From: an uncultured cyanobacterium
GTDB lineage: Bacteria > Cyanobacteriota > Cyanobacteriia > Cyanobacteriales > CAWCAG01
Assembly: GCA_963803805.1 (NCBI GenBank)
Contig: CAWDOD010000006.1
Coordinates: forward strand, 96,001 to 160,000
Direction of reading: 5' to 3'
Length of the DNA stretch: 64,000 nucleotides
Shown: positions 30,551 to 39,639 of the stretch, piece after piece
Position numbering within the stretch: the stretch's first letter is position 1
Layout: each line of letters opens with the position of its first letter
The notes under the pieces: model-generated
Told to the model about the DNA's origin: nothing
The model's database searches: none
Seen by the model: only the letters and a program-made list of their open reading frames with translations
Translations under genes and position numbers: made by a program

Positions 30551-30604
30551 GGGCGGGTTGATTGAGATTTTGGATAATGATATTGATTTAGCCAAGACCC
30601 GCCC
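30551..30604. repeat. REP-like inverted repeat (GGGCGGGT...ACCCGCCC)
   Basis: gggcgggt at 30551 and acccgccc at 30597 with an AT-rich spacer. Confidence 0.55.
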
Positions 30605-30616
30605 ATAAGCAACGCT

Positions 30617-30940
30617 TTACGATGCTAAAGCGATTTGCACCTTTTCTTGCAATTCTCCGCTTTGATACATTTCAATGAGGATATCAGAACCGCCTAAAAA
30701 CTCACCATCAATATAAACTTGGGGAATAGTTGGCCAGTCAGAATATTCCTTAACTCCTTGACGAATTTCTGGATCAGAAAGTACATCAAAAGTTTCGTAA
30801 GGAACCCCCAAAGTGTTAATAATTTGAACAACATTATTAGAAAAACCACACTGAGGCATCAGTTTATTGCCCTTCATGAAAATAAAAATCTTGCTGCTAT
30901 TGACTAGTTCTTCAATTCGTTGTTTAGCTTCTGTACTCAT
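30617..30940 (-). CDS. grxD: Monothiol glutaredoxin, Grx4 family
   Basis: PQCGFS, WPTIPQVY, GGSDI. Confidence 0.95.
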   Translation of the reverse strand: MSTEAKQRIEELVNSSKIFIFMKGNKLMPQCGFSNNVVQIINTLGVPYETFDVLSDPEIRQGVKEYSDWPTIPQVYIDGEFLGGSDILIEMYQSGELQEKVQIALAS

Positions 30941-30998
30941 GAATTAATTCTCCCTATGGTTTTGCTAATTTTTTGACTGAAAAGTGGAAACTAATCGC

Positions 30999-31250
30999 CT
31001 ATGTTTGAGTTTCCCAAGCTTCAGGGGTATAAGTTTTCAACGCTAAGGCATGAATTGCTTCAGAAGCCATTGCTTCTTTTAAAGCGCCATAGACAAGCTG
31101 ATGCTGCTTGACTCTATTTTTACCAGCGAACTCAGAAGATACTACAGTAGCTTGGAGGTGATCACCGCCCCCTGTTAAATCTTCAACCATTACCTGAGCA
31201 TCAGGTATTTTCGCTTTGATCATTGCTTGAACTTGCTCTTGGCTAACCAT
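30999..31250 (-). CDS. bolA: BolA family protein
   Basis: [30 protein letters not shown]; adjacent to grxD. Confidence 0.93.
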   Translation of the reverse strand: MVSQEQVQAMIKAKIPDAQVMVEDLTGGGDHLQATVVSSEFAGKNRVKQHQLVYGALKEAMASEAIHALALKTYTPEAWETQT

Positions 31251-31323
31251 GAAAGCTTCCCCAATATTCGCACTTTATCATCCACTCTTAATATAAGCCT
31301 TCTCATTGCCCTGTTAAAACTGA

Positions 31324-32355
31324 TCATTGCTCATTGATAACTGAATCATTGATAGGTGGATAAGGAGCATCAACAAAACCTAACTCTAACAATTGCTGAT
31401 AAGCATCTTGTCCCAATTGAGATGTAGGATTTTGGGAACGGACAATTTGGATAAACAAAGGAACCGCTAATTCTGGTTGCTGGTTGCTTTTATGTGCCAA
31501 AGCTAATCTATAAGTAGCATCGTCACGTTTTTGGGCTGCCCTAAAAGCTTTAGCCCTCAAACTATCAGAAACTTCTGTATCAATGCCAGTAAAGCCACTA
31601 GATAACTGCTGATAGAAATTAGTAAGCTGGTTGAATACTTGGCGAGATTCTTGGAATTTTTTGGTAGCGAGGCTATAGTCTTGGCTGTTTGAAGCGTTGA
31701 TTGCTTCGGACATTAAGCGATCGCCTCCCAACAAACTCAAAAAACTATCGGATTGTTTCAGGGGACGGAGTTCATTATTTAAACTAGGATCACCCGCAGG
31801 AAAAGCTATATCTACAAACCCTAATTCATATAGCTGTCGATAAGCTTTAGAACCTAATTCTGTAGTAGGATTTTGGGAGCGAATAATCTGGGCAAGCAAA
31901 GGTACAGCTAATTCTGGTTGGTTATTAGAACGATGTACTAAAGCTAATTTGTAGGTAGCTTCGTCCCGTTTTTGGGCAGCAGCTAGGGCGCTACCTTTTT
32001 GCGATTCAGAAACAGGTTGATAGATACCAGAAAAACTATTTGATAGTTGCTGATAAAAATTAGTAAGCTGGTTAAAAATTTGGCGGGCTTCCTGAAGCTT
32101 TTTTGCCGCTAGAGTATAATCTCGATTATCGATGGCTACAATAGATTCTGCCATCAACCTCTCTCCTCCTTGCAAGCTGAGTAAGCTATCAGACTCAGTT
32201 AAGGGGCGGACATTGCCAGGATCACTCAAGTCCTCTCTAGGAGATTCTAGGGTATCTTGAGCTAACCCTGAAGGTATTCCCCCTAAGCTAAAGGAGAAGG
32301 GGATAGAACAAAGGCCAATTAAGCACAAGCGTCGAAAGTTTAAGGGAATCAACAT
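31324..32355 (-). CDS. Exported TPR-like protein with two tandem copies of one domain
   Basis: Signal-peptide-like N-terminus; two copies of FNQLTNFYQQLS...QPELAVPL...RSQNPT...ELGFVD. Confidence 0.8.
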   Translation of the reverse strand: MLIPLNFRRLCLIGLCSIPFSFSLGGIPSGLAQDTLESPREDLSDPGNVRPLTESDSLLSLQGGERLMAESIVAIDNRDYTLAAKKLQEARQIFNQLTNFYQQLSNSFSGIYQPVSESQKGSALAAAQKRDEATYKLALVHRSNNQPELAVPLLAQIIRSQNPTTELGSKAYRQLYELGFVDIAFPAGDPSLNNELRPLKQSDSFLSLLGGDRLMSEAINASNSQDYSLATKKFQESRQVFNQLTNFYQQLSSGFTGIDTEVSDSLRAKAFRAAQKRDDATYRLALAHKSNQQPELAVPLFIQIVRSQNPTSQLGQDAYQQLLELGFVDAPYPPINDSVINEQ

Positions 32356-32546
32356 TGAGTATTTTTTAGAAGTTAATGGCTAAGTAATACAATTTATTTA
32401 GACTTCAGGTATCTTACAACGATTAGTTATCTAATGATATTTGTGGTAACAGCATAAATTTACAATTTTAGGGACGAGGCTAGAATTAAAAATGTATTTT
32501 TAATTTTTATATTTTTAATTCTAGTAAACACAGGAGAGTAAAAATA

Positions 32547-34619
32547 ATGGCCAATAATCCTGATCTGGGTGTTCCTGAAAAAAGTGTAGGGTTGATTTTA
32601 CAACGAGGGGGTGAAGAACTAAATCTTTTTAAGGCTGAAGATCGTTTCACCGTTGCCCTCAACTCTGAGGTTAATTTAACCGAGGAGATACCTGCTGTTG
32701 CTCAATATACCCTTCCCCTTAATTCTATTGATGAAATCAGAGTAGAACCTGGGGCTATAGAAGAGGCTATGGAAACAGTTAGGGATCTAGAAACCGTTGC
32801 CTATGCTAGTCATGTTTACCAGCTAGAAGATAACCCTGAAGCCCTGATTTACCTTACAGACGAATTAACTGTCCAATTTGGTTCCAACTTATCTCCTCAA
32901 GAAAGAGAAGCTATTACTTCTACCTATGGTTTGGCATTTGTGAAGGAAATAGAGGAACTTGATAATACTTTCGTTTATCGAGTTACAGCAGAAGCGACAG
33001 AAAATCCGGTTAAAATTGCTAATCGCTTGCTGGGAAATCCTCAAGTTTTAACCGCAGAAGCGAATATTCTCATTCAACAAGATTCTTACTATCGCCCTCA
33101 AGATACCTATTATGGGCAGCAGTGGTATCTTAACCACAATGGTGGCTCTTTTTTGGCGACAAATTCCCACATTGATGCTGAAAAAGCTTGGGAAATTACT
33201 AAAGGAGAACGTTCTGTTGTAGTGGCGATTACCGATGATGCCATAGATATTAACCATCCTGATTTTCAGGGGTTAGGGAAAATAGTTGCCCCGAAAGATT
33301 TTAAGGATCAAGATTTGATTCCTCTTCCTGAATCTTCCCAAGAAAGCCATGGTACTGCCTGTGCTGGGGTAGCTGTAGCGGAGGAGACAGGGGATGGAGT
33401 AGTGGGTGTGGCCCCTGGTTGTGCTTTGATGCCTCTACGTACTACAGGTTTTCTGGATGATAATTCCATTGAAAAACTTTTTAGTTGGGCGGTGGATAAT
33501 GGGGCTAGCGTTATTTCCTGTAGTTGGGGGGCAGCCGCAGTACGTTTTCCCCTTTCCCTGCGTCAAAAAGCAGCTATTAACCGTGCTGCTGTGAGGGGAA
33601 GGGATGGCAAAGGTTGTGTAGTGGTTTTTGCTGCTGGTAATGCTAATCGCCCGGTTAATGGCACTATTTACGAACGTAACTGGCAAGAAAATCTTTTAAA
33701 TGGTCCCACAGAATGGTTAAGCGGTTTTGCCGCCCATCCTGATGTGATTAGTGTTTCCGCCTGTACAAGTTTAGGGCAGAAGTCTGCCTATAGTAACTGG
33801 GGAACTAATATTGCCGTTTGCGCCCCCAGTAATAACGCACCACCGGGAATGTGGTTTCAAAAGACAGGTTATATTAGTACTGGCCCCAGGGTTACTTCTT
33901 CTTTACCAGGGCTAGGAATTTTTACCACGGATTTATTAGGGCAATTAGGTTATCATGGCAGCAACTTCACCCATACTTTTGGTGGTACATCTAGTGCTTG
34001 TCCGGTAGTGGCTGGGGTTGCGGCTTTAGTTCTTTCTGTTAATCCTAATCTTACCGCTCAGCAAGTTAGGCAAATTCTGCAACAAAGCGCTGATAAAATA
34101 GTTGATACAAACCCCGATCCTCAATTGGGTTTGCGCATGGGAACCTATGATAATAATGGTTTTTGCCAATGGTTTGGTTATGGTAAGGTGAACGCTTTCA
34201 AAGCAGTAAAAGCCGCTCAAGTTACTTTGAAAACTCAATCTGCCTCTCGTACTCTACAAAAAAGTAATGATTCCCCCATCGCAATTCCTGATAATAGTTG
34301 GCAAGGCATCAATAGTAATTTACGCATTGGTGAGGCAGGAATAGTTAAAGATATTCAAGTGACAGTAAATATAACTCATCAATTTTTAGGGGATTTAGAA
34401 ATTAATTTAGTTTCTCCTACTGGGCAAAGCGTGTTGCTCCAAAGTCGAACTTTAGGTGCGAAGACTAAGTTACAAAAAAACTATAACCTAGAAACTGCTC
34501 CTATCCTTAAAGAAATGCTTGAACAACCAGCTAAAGGCACTTGGCAGTTAAAAGTTATTGATTCTGTGGTAGAGGATAAAGGGAGTTTGGATAGTTGGGA
34601 GTTGAGGTTAAAGGTTTGA
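32547..34619 (+). CDS. S8 subtilisin-like serine protease with C-terminal proprotein-convertase P domain
   Basis: ITDDAID (Asp), HGTACAG (His), FAAGN, GGTSSACP (Ser); P domain ITH...GDL...GTWQL. Confidence 0.92.
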   Translation: MANNPDLGVPEKSVGLILQRGGEELNLFKAEDRFTVALNSEVNLTEEIPAVAQYTLPLNSIDEIRVEPGAIEEAMETVRDLETVAYASHVYQLEDNPEALIYLTDELTVQFGSNLSPQEREAITSTYGLAFVKEIEELDNTFVYRVTAEATENPVKIANRLLGNPQVLTAEANILIQQDSYYRPQDTYYGQQWYLNHNGGSFLATNSHIDAEKAWEITKGERSVVVAITDDAIDINHPDFQGLGKIVAPKDFKDQDLIPLPESSQESHGTACAGVAVAEETGDGVVGVAPGCALMPLRTTGFLDDNSIEKLFSWAVDNGASVISCSWGAAAVRFPLSLRQKAAINRAAVRGRDGKGCVVVFAAGNANRPVNGTIYERNWQENLLNGPTEWLSGFAAHPDVISVSACTSLGQKSAYSNWGTNIAVCAPSNNAPPGMWFQKTGYISTGPRVTSSLPGLGIFTTDLLGQLGYHGSNFTHTFGGTSSACPVVAGVAALVLSVNPNLTAQQVRQILQQSADKIVDTNPDPQLGLRMGTYDNNGFCQWFGYGKVNAFKAVKAAQVTLKTQSASRTLQKSNDSPIAIPDNSWQGINSNLRIGEAGIVKDIQVTVNITHQFLGDLEINLVSPTGQSVLLQSRTLGAKTKLQKNYNLETAPILKEMLEQPAKGTWQLKVIDSVVEDKGSLDSWELRLKV

Positions 34620-34760
34620 TTTGTTTACTATTCTGGGGAAGTTTGATATCATTTATCTAACTTTATTGTTTATTTTTATTGCCTAATTTTACTAATTTGG
34701 ATACCATTTTATCCTCTCTTTACTATTATTCAATACTTCTGATTTCCTATTTCCTATTAC

Positions 34761-36551
34761 TTACAAACCATAAATCCAAATAATTAGTAAAGGCGTAACA
34801 ATAGTCAGCAATGAATTAAGGCCAACTCCAAAACGGGTAAAGTCCAGAAATTTATAATTTCCTGGTCCGTAAACCATAGTATTTGTTTGATAACCGATGG
34901 GTGTCATAAAGCTAGTTGAGGCAGCAAAAGTGACTGCAAACATGAAAGCAAAGGGATTAAGTTCTAAGGTTTTAGCTACTTCAACGGCAATAGGAAGCAT
35001 TAACACTACCGAAGCATTATTAGAGAGAATTTCTGTTAATAAAGAAGTAGTTAAATAGAAAAAAGTTAAAATCCAATAGCCAGATAAATTCCCTCCTAAA
35101 ATAACCAAATTATCAGCCAACCAAGCTGTTGCCCCAGAATTATCCATAGCAATTCCTAAAGGAATTAACCCAGCTAAAAGGAAAATAACATCCCAACGTA
35201 CAGCGCTATAAATTTCTCCTGGTTTAAGACAGCCTGTAATAATCATTAAAACTACTCCAGCCAAAGCACTAACTAAAATTGGCATTAAATTAGTGGCAGC
35301 TAAACTGATGACGGCGATGATGATAAAAATAGCAATAGGTGCTTTATCAGTACGTAAAGTTTCTAAATCTCCTTGTTCAATTACTAGTAATTCTTTGGTG
35401 GTTTGCAAACCTAAAAAGCTTTGTCTTGGGGCTTGAATCAGTAATAAGTCACCAAAACGTAAAGGTACTCTTCCTAGTCTTTTACGAACAAATTCTTGTC
35501 CTCTGCGGATGGCGATAACTGTAGCATTATAACGTTGCCGAAAACGTAAATCTTTGAGGGTAGAACCGATTAAATGGGAGTTGGATAGAATTAAAACCTC
35601 CCCAACTTTTTCCTCGCCAGAAGTGAGTTCTACTTCTAAAGAACCTTGACCAAATTCTACATCCGGCAGTATATCAATTCCTCTTTCATCTTTAATACTT
35701 AATAAGTCTTCCCGACTTCCCCTAACTATTAAAATATCTCCACCAGAAAGAACTTTATCACCTAGAGGTTGAGGGAAACGGTTATCATCGTGGATAATTT
35801 CTAAGATGTCTAAATCAAACTTACGCTGAATTTGACTTTGGCTTAAAGTTTGACCAATTAAACTAGAACGGGGTAAAATGACTACCTCACTAACATAATC
35901 TTTCAAGCCATATTCTTGCCCTACTAAATCACTATTCGCTTTCTTACGATCTGGCAAAAATCTTGGGGCGGCTAAAGCAAGATAAGCTAAACCAACACAG
36001 AAAGTGAGGATGCCTAAAGGGGTAAATTGAAAAATACTAAATTCTCCATATCCTAACTGTTTTGATAAACCACTAGCGAGGATATTAGTAGAAGTACCAA
36101 TGACAGTAATCATGCCTCCTAAGATAGAAATATAGGAAAGAGGAATCAAAAGTTTAGAAACAGAAATTCCTTGCTTTTTTCCCCATTCTTCAACAATGGG
36201 TAAAAACACAGCCACCACAGCCGTATTATTGATTAAAGCAGAAATGGGACCAACAATAGCACCCATTACAAAAATTTGTTGAGTGGGGTTTTCTCCTCCA
36301 AATTTTGTCAGCCAATCTCGAATCACCTGAACTACCCCTGTACGAGTAACTCCGGCACTAAGAATAAACATTGCCATTACTGTAATGGTGGCAGCATTAC
36401 CAAAACCAGAAATACCTTCTTCTGGTTCGACTAACCCTAGTAACATCAAAATGACTGTTACTAAAATAGCGGTAATATCTACAGGTAGCCACTCAGTGAT
36501 AAACAGTACTAAAGCTAGAACTAAGACGCTGAGGGTAAGAAGAATTGTCAT
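34761..36551 (-). CDS. SLC13/CitMHS-family permease with TrkA-C domains
   Basis: SALINNTAVV, IGTSTN, LSNNAS, TPIGYQTN; two soluble TrkA-C repeats. Confidence 0.9.
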   Translation of the reverse strand: MTILLTLSVLVLALVLFITEWLPVDITAILVTVILMLLGLVEPEEGISGFGNAATITVMAMFILSAGVTRTGVVQVIRDWLTKFGGENPTQQIFVMGAIVGPISALINNTAVVAVFLPIVEEWGKKQGISVSKLLIPLSYISILGGMITVIGTSTNILASGLSKQLGYGEFSIFQFTPLGILTFCVGLAYLALAAPRFLPDRKKANSDLVGQEYGLKDYVSEVVILPRSSLIGQTLSQSQIQRKFDLDILEIIHDDNRFPQPLGDKVLSGGDILIVRGSREDLLSIKDERGIDILPDVEFGQGSLEVELTSGEEKVGEVLILSNSHLIGSTLKDLRFRQRYNATVIAIRRGQEFVRKRLGRVPLRFGDLLLIQAPRQSFLGLQTTKELLVIEQGDLETLRTDKAPIAIFIIIAVISLAATNLMPILVSALAGVVLMIITGCLKPGEIYSAVRWDVIFLLAGLIPLGIAMDNSGATAWLADNLVILGGNLSGYWILTFFYLTTSLLTEILSNNASVVLMLPIAVEVAKTLELNPFAFMFAVTFAASTSFMTPIGYQTNTMVYGPGNYKFLDFTRFGVGLNSLLTIVTPLLIIWIYGL

Positions 36552-36769
36552 GCTAAGGGGAAAAAGAATATAGTGTTTCGTTGAGGTTTTTAATTAACTT
36601 GTTTGAACTTGAGAAAGTATATATCTTTCAATCCAAAATAGCGACTATATTTAGTTAGTCAATAGTTCCCATTTCCCTCCCTAACTCCTGAAGTGATAGA
36701 TTTGTGCTATAAATGCAGCTTTTTGTCTTAAGAGTCAACTAAATTAAAGCTGTAAGGGAGTAAGATTTT

Positions 36770-37729
36770 ATGTCTGAAGAACGTCAAGAACAAACATCCT
36801 CAACCGTTAAGGCAGCTAATCAATCTTTTCTGAAAGCCCAAACTATCAAAACTCTGCGGGGAACGATTAATGTTCTAGAAGGAGTAGTAGATAAGCTAGA
36901 AGCTGAACCTGAAACACGAATTGCTACTACGATTAGTAGCGAAGAAGTTGGGGAAATTACAGAAGAGTTTAACCAAGAAGTTACTACTTTCCCGACACCA
37001 GAACCGATAGAAGAAGTTCCGACACAATTAGTTGAAGCGGAAACAACAGAAGTTAAACAAGAAACTCCCCCTGGTAAAACCAGATTTTTCGATAAAATTT
37101 TGCCCAATTTCCCGACAGTAGAAACTTGGTGGGATGATAATTTGGATAAAATCCGTTCTTTGTTACCGACATCAGTAAGCGAGAAGCTTTCTGATTGGGG
37201 TTTGACAGGAATTTTAGTGACAATTGTGGTGATTATGTTGTGGACTGGGGTGGCTTTATTGCCTCAAAGAGATGTTCAAATAGCCCAGGAACAAGAAACC
37301 TTACCTCCTTTGATAGAAGCACCTCAAGAATTAAGCGCCCCCCAAGAACCCCAACCTATACAAGAACTTCCTCCCCCTCCTCCTCCAGAACCAAAATTAA
37401 CCCCAGAACAGGGCTTGATTGCAGCAATTCAAAAACAAACAGCAGAAATTACTAATCAATATGCAGAAGGTTTGGTTAACTCCATTGAAGCAGATTTTGT
37501 TGGTAGTAATTTAACAGTTAAAGTCAGTGATGATTGGTATGAATTAACTCCTTCTCGCCAATCTAAGCTAGCTAATAAAATGTTAGCTAAGGCTCAAAAA
37601 TTAGATTTTCGTAAGTTGAAAATCACTAATATAGAAGGAAAACTTTTAGCCCGTAGTCCGGTTGTTGGTTCGGAGATGATTGTTTTGCAAGATAGTTCAA
37701 CAATTGATAATTCCCAATTACCAAACTGA
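36770..37729 (+). CDS. Conserved cyanobacterial single-TM hypothetical protein with Pro-rich linker
   Basis: One TM, PPPPPPEP linker, C-terminal LTPEQ...WY...LLARSPVVG. Confidence 0.7.
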   Translation: MSEERQEQTSSTVKAANQSFLKAQTIKTLRGTINVLEGVVDKLEAEPETRIATTISSEEVGEITEEFNQEVTTFPTPEPIEEVPTQLVEAETTEVKQETPPGKTRFFDKILPNFPTVETWWDDNLDKIRSLLPTSVSEKLSDWGLTGILVTIVVIMLWTGVALLPQRDVQIAQEQETLPPLIEAPQELSAPQEPQPIQELPPPPPPEPKLTPEQGLIAAIQKQTAEITNQYAEGLVNSIEADFVGSNLTVKVSDDWYELTPSRQSKLANKMLAKAQKLDFRKLKITNIEGKLLARSPVVGSEMIVLQDSSTIDNSQLPN

Positions 37730-37895
37730 GTCAATAGAGGAAAAAATATGGATTCGAGTAGTCTGCAATAAGGCGATCGCAGTCTAATTTATACCAATTA
37801 AATAGAGAAATAATTACTTTTAGCTATTTATGACAATACAGATAGTGGTTTAGCATAGGTTTTAAGCAAGGGGCATTCTTGTTAAAATATAGTAA

Positions 37896-38666
37896 TTAAC
37901 CCAAAGGATTTAACCAACGAGAAATTTCTTGATTAAGACGTTTGACATCTCGCAATGCCCCTTGTTTTACCCACTGCCCAATGGCATCAAAAGGAGTAAA
38001 ATCTGTTCCTGTTTGCCAGTTAATTTCTTGTCCTAAAGGGGTTAAATGATTGCCGGGAAGAGTTTGGGCAGCAACTAAGTTAGGAAAACGCTCTTGTAAT
38101 ACAGGAGTTAAACTTACAGTTTGGTCTATATTATCTTGGGTAAACTTAATTAATAAGTTGCGCCGGACACGATAATTTTTAGCAATAATAGCCGTGGTTT
38201 CTTCAGGAGATGGGGTAAATTCAACGTTAAAAGTTTGAGGTATAGCAAACTGATCCAGGAAAGGAATTGCCCGGCGCACAGGATAATTGTTGTAGGAGAT
38301 GAGGATATTTCCTGCTCTTTTTACGGTGTATAAACTGCCGATTAATAGGTGGAGTTTACAACCCATACTATGACCAATACCATAAATAGGTAAGTAGCCT
38401 TTGGTGAGAATAGCTTGATTTTCTAAGCGTTCAATAATTGTCTCAAATCGATTAAGTACACTTCTGGCGATCGCACCATGATCTAACGACGTATTCAAAA
38501 AAGGAGTGGCGATCGCAACGTAACCCTGTTTTCCTAACTGTTCTAATAACCAGCGATAAGTTACATGAGGGGCGCTAGCCACAAAAGCACCTCCTAAAAA
38601 ATGTACAATACCAATCGGCTGACGAGGAATTAATACCCAGCCACCATAAATTTCTTGCCAGTCCAT
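37896..38666 (-). CDS. DUF1350 family alpha/beta hydrolase-like protein
   Basis: HFLGGAFV, GHSMGCKLH, GNHLTP. Confidence 0.88.
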   Translation of the reverse strand: MDWQEIYGGWVLIPRQPIGIVHFLGGAFVASAPHVTYRWLLEQLGKQGYVAIATPFLNTSLDHGAIARSVLNRFETIIERLENQAILTKGYLPIYGIGHSMGCKLHLLIGSLYTVKRAGNILISYNNYPVRRAIPFLDQFAIPQTFNVEFTPSPEETTAIIAKNYRVRRNLLIKFTQDNIDQTVSLTPVLQERFPNLVAAQTLPGNHLTPLGQEINWQTGTDFTPFDAIGQWVKQGALRDVKRLNQEISRWLNPLG

Positions 38667-38741
38667 AGTTTAAGTAATAAGTAATAAGTGAGGGGAGAAA
38701 GAAGAAAGGGTAAGGGGTAAAATCATTTTTCCGATTAGCAA

Positions 38742-39533
38742 TTAACCAACTACACCACTTCCTGTACCTTGGAACATTAAATAAGACAATAAAAAATTGG
38801 TAATAAAGATTGCTAGTAAAGCTGTTACCACCGCAGTTGTAGTAGATTGTCCTACTCCTTTAGCACCTCCAGTAGTTGTCAATCCCCAGCTACAGCCAAT
38901 TATGGCGATTAGCCCACCAAAAATGATGCCTTTAATAGCAGCACTAAATAAATCCCAAACTCCGAGAAAGCTATTAGCTGAGTCCAAAAAAACTTTAGGA
39001 GCAATATCATACAAATTAGTAGCAATCATCAGCCCCCCAGCCATACCAATAATTAAAGAAAGAATAGTCAACAAAGGTAACATCAAGCAACAAGCAACAA
39101 CCCTTGGTATCACCAAATAGTCAATAGGGTCAGTTTTCAGCATTAACAAAGCATCAATTTGCTCTGTTACTCGCATTGTACCTATTTCCGCCGCAAAAGC
39201 AGAACCTACTCTTCCTGCTAAGACAACCGCAGTTAGTACCGGAGCCAATTCCCGTGATAAAGCCAAAGAAAGAACCCCCCCCACAGCAGTTCCTGCCCCA
39301 AGATAAATAAATTCCCTAGCTACTTGAATTGTAAATACCATACCGACAAAACCAGCAGTAATTAGAGCAATACTTAAAGATTCTGGCCCCACTGCTGCCA
39401 TTTGTTCCATAGTGTTGCGGCGGTGAATTTTACTTTTGAGCAAATGAACTATAACTTGTCCTGCCAAAAGGGCTGCTGCTAATAAGCGATCTAACCAAAT
39501 TCCTATACCCGTTTGTCGTTTGTCAACCGCCAA
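38742..39533 (-). CDS. mlaE: MlaE/Ycf63 lipid ABC transporter permease
   Basis: RELAPVLTA, GRVGSAFAAEIGTMRVTEQIDAL, GGAKGVG. Confidence 0.92.
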   Translation of the reverse strand: MAVDKRQTGIGIWLDRLLAAALLAGQVIVHLLKSKIHRRNTMEQMAAVGPESLSIALITAGFVGMVFTIQVAREFIYLGAGTAVGGVLSLALSRELAPVLTAVVLAGRVGSAFAAEIGTMRVTEQIDALLMLKTDPIDYLVIPRVVACCLMLPLLTILSLIIGMAGGLMIATNLYDIAPKVFLDSANSFLGVWDLFSAAIKGIIFGGLIAIIGCSWGLTTTGGAKGVGQSTTTAVVTALLAIFITNFLLSYLMFQGTGSGVVG

Positions 39534-39639
39534 CTTTTCTACTCCTTTGGTTTTACACTTTGTAGCTTAATTTATAAGCCATTAGCCATTAGCCAAAGCA
39601 CAAAAATCAGAGTGTTAGCTATTGACTACCAATTAAATT

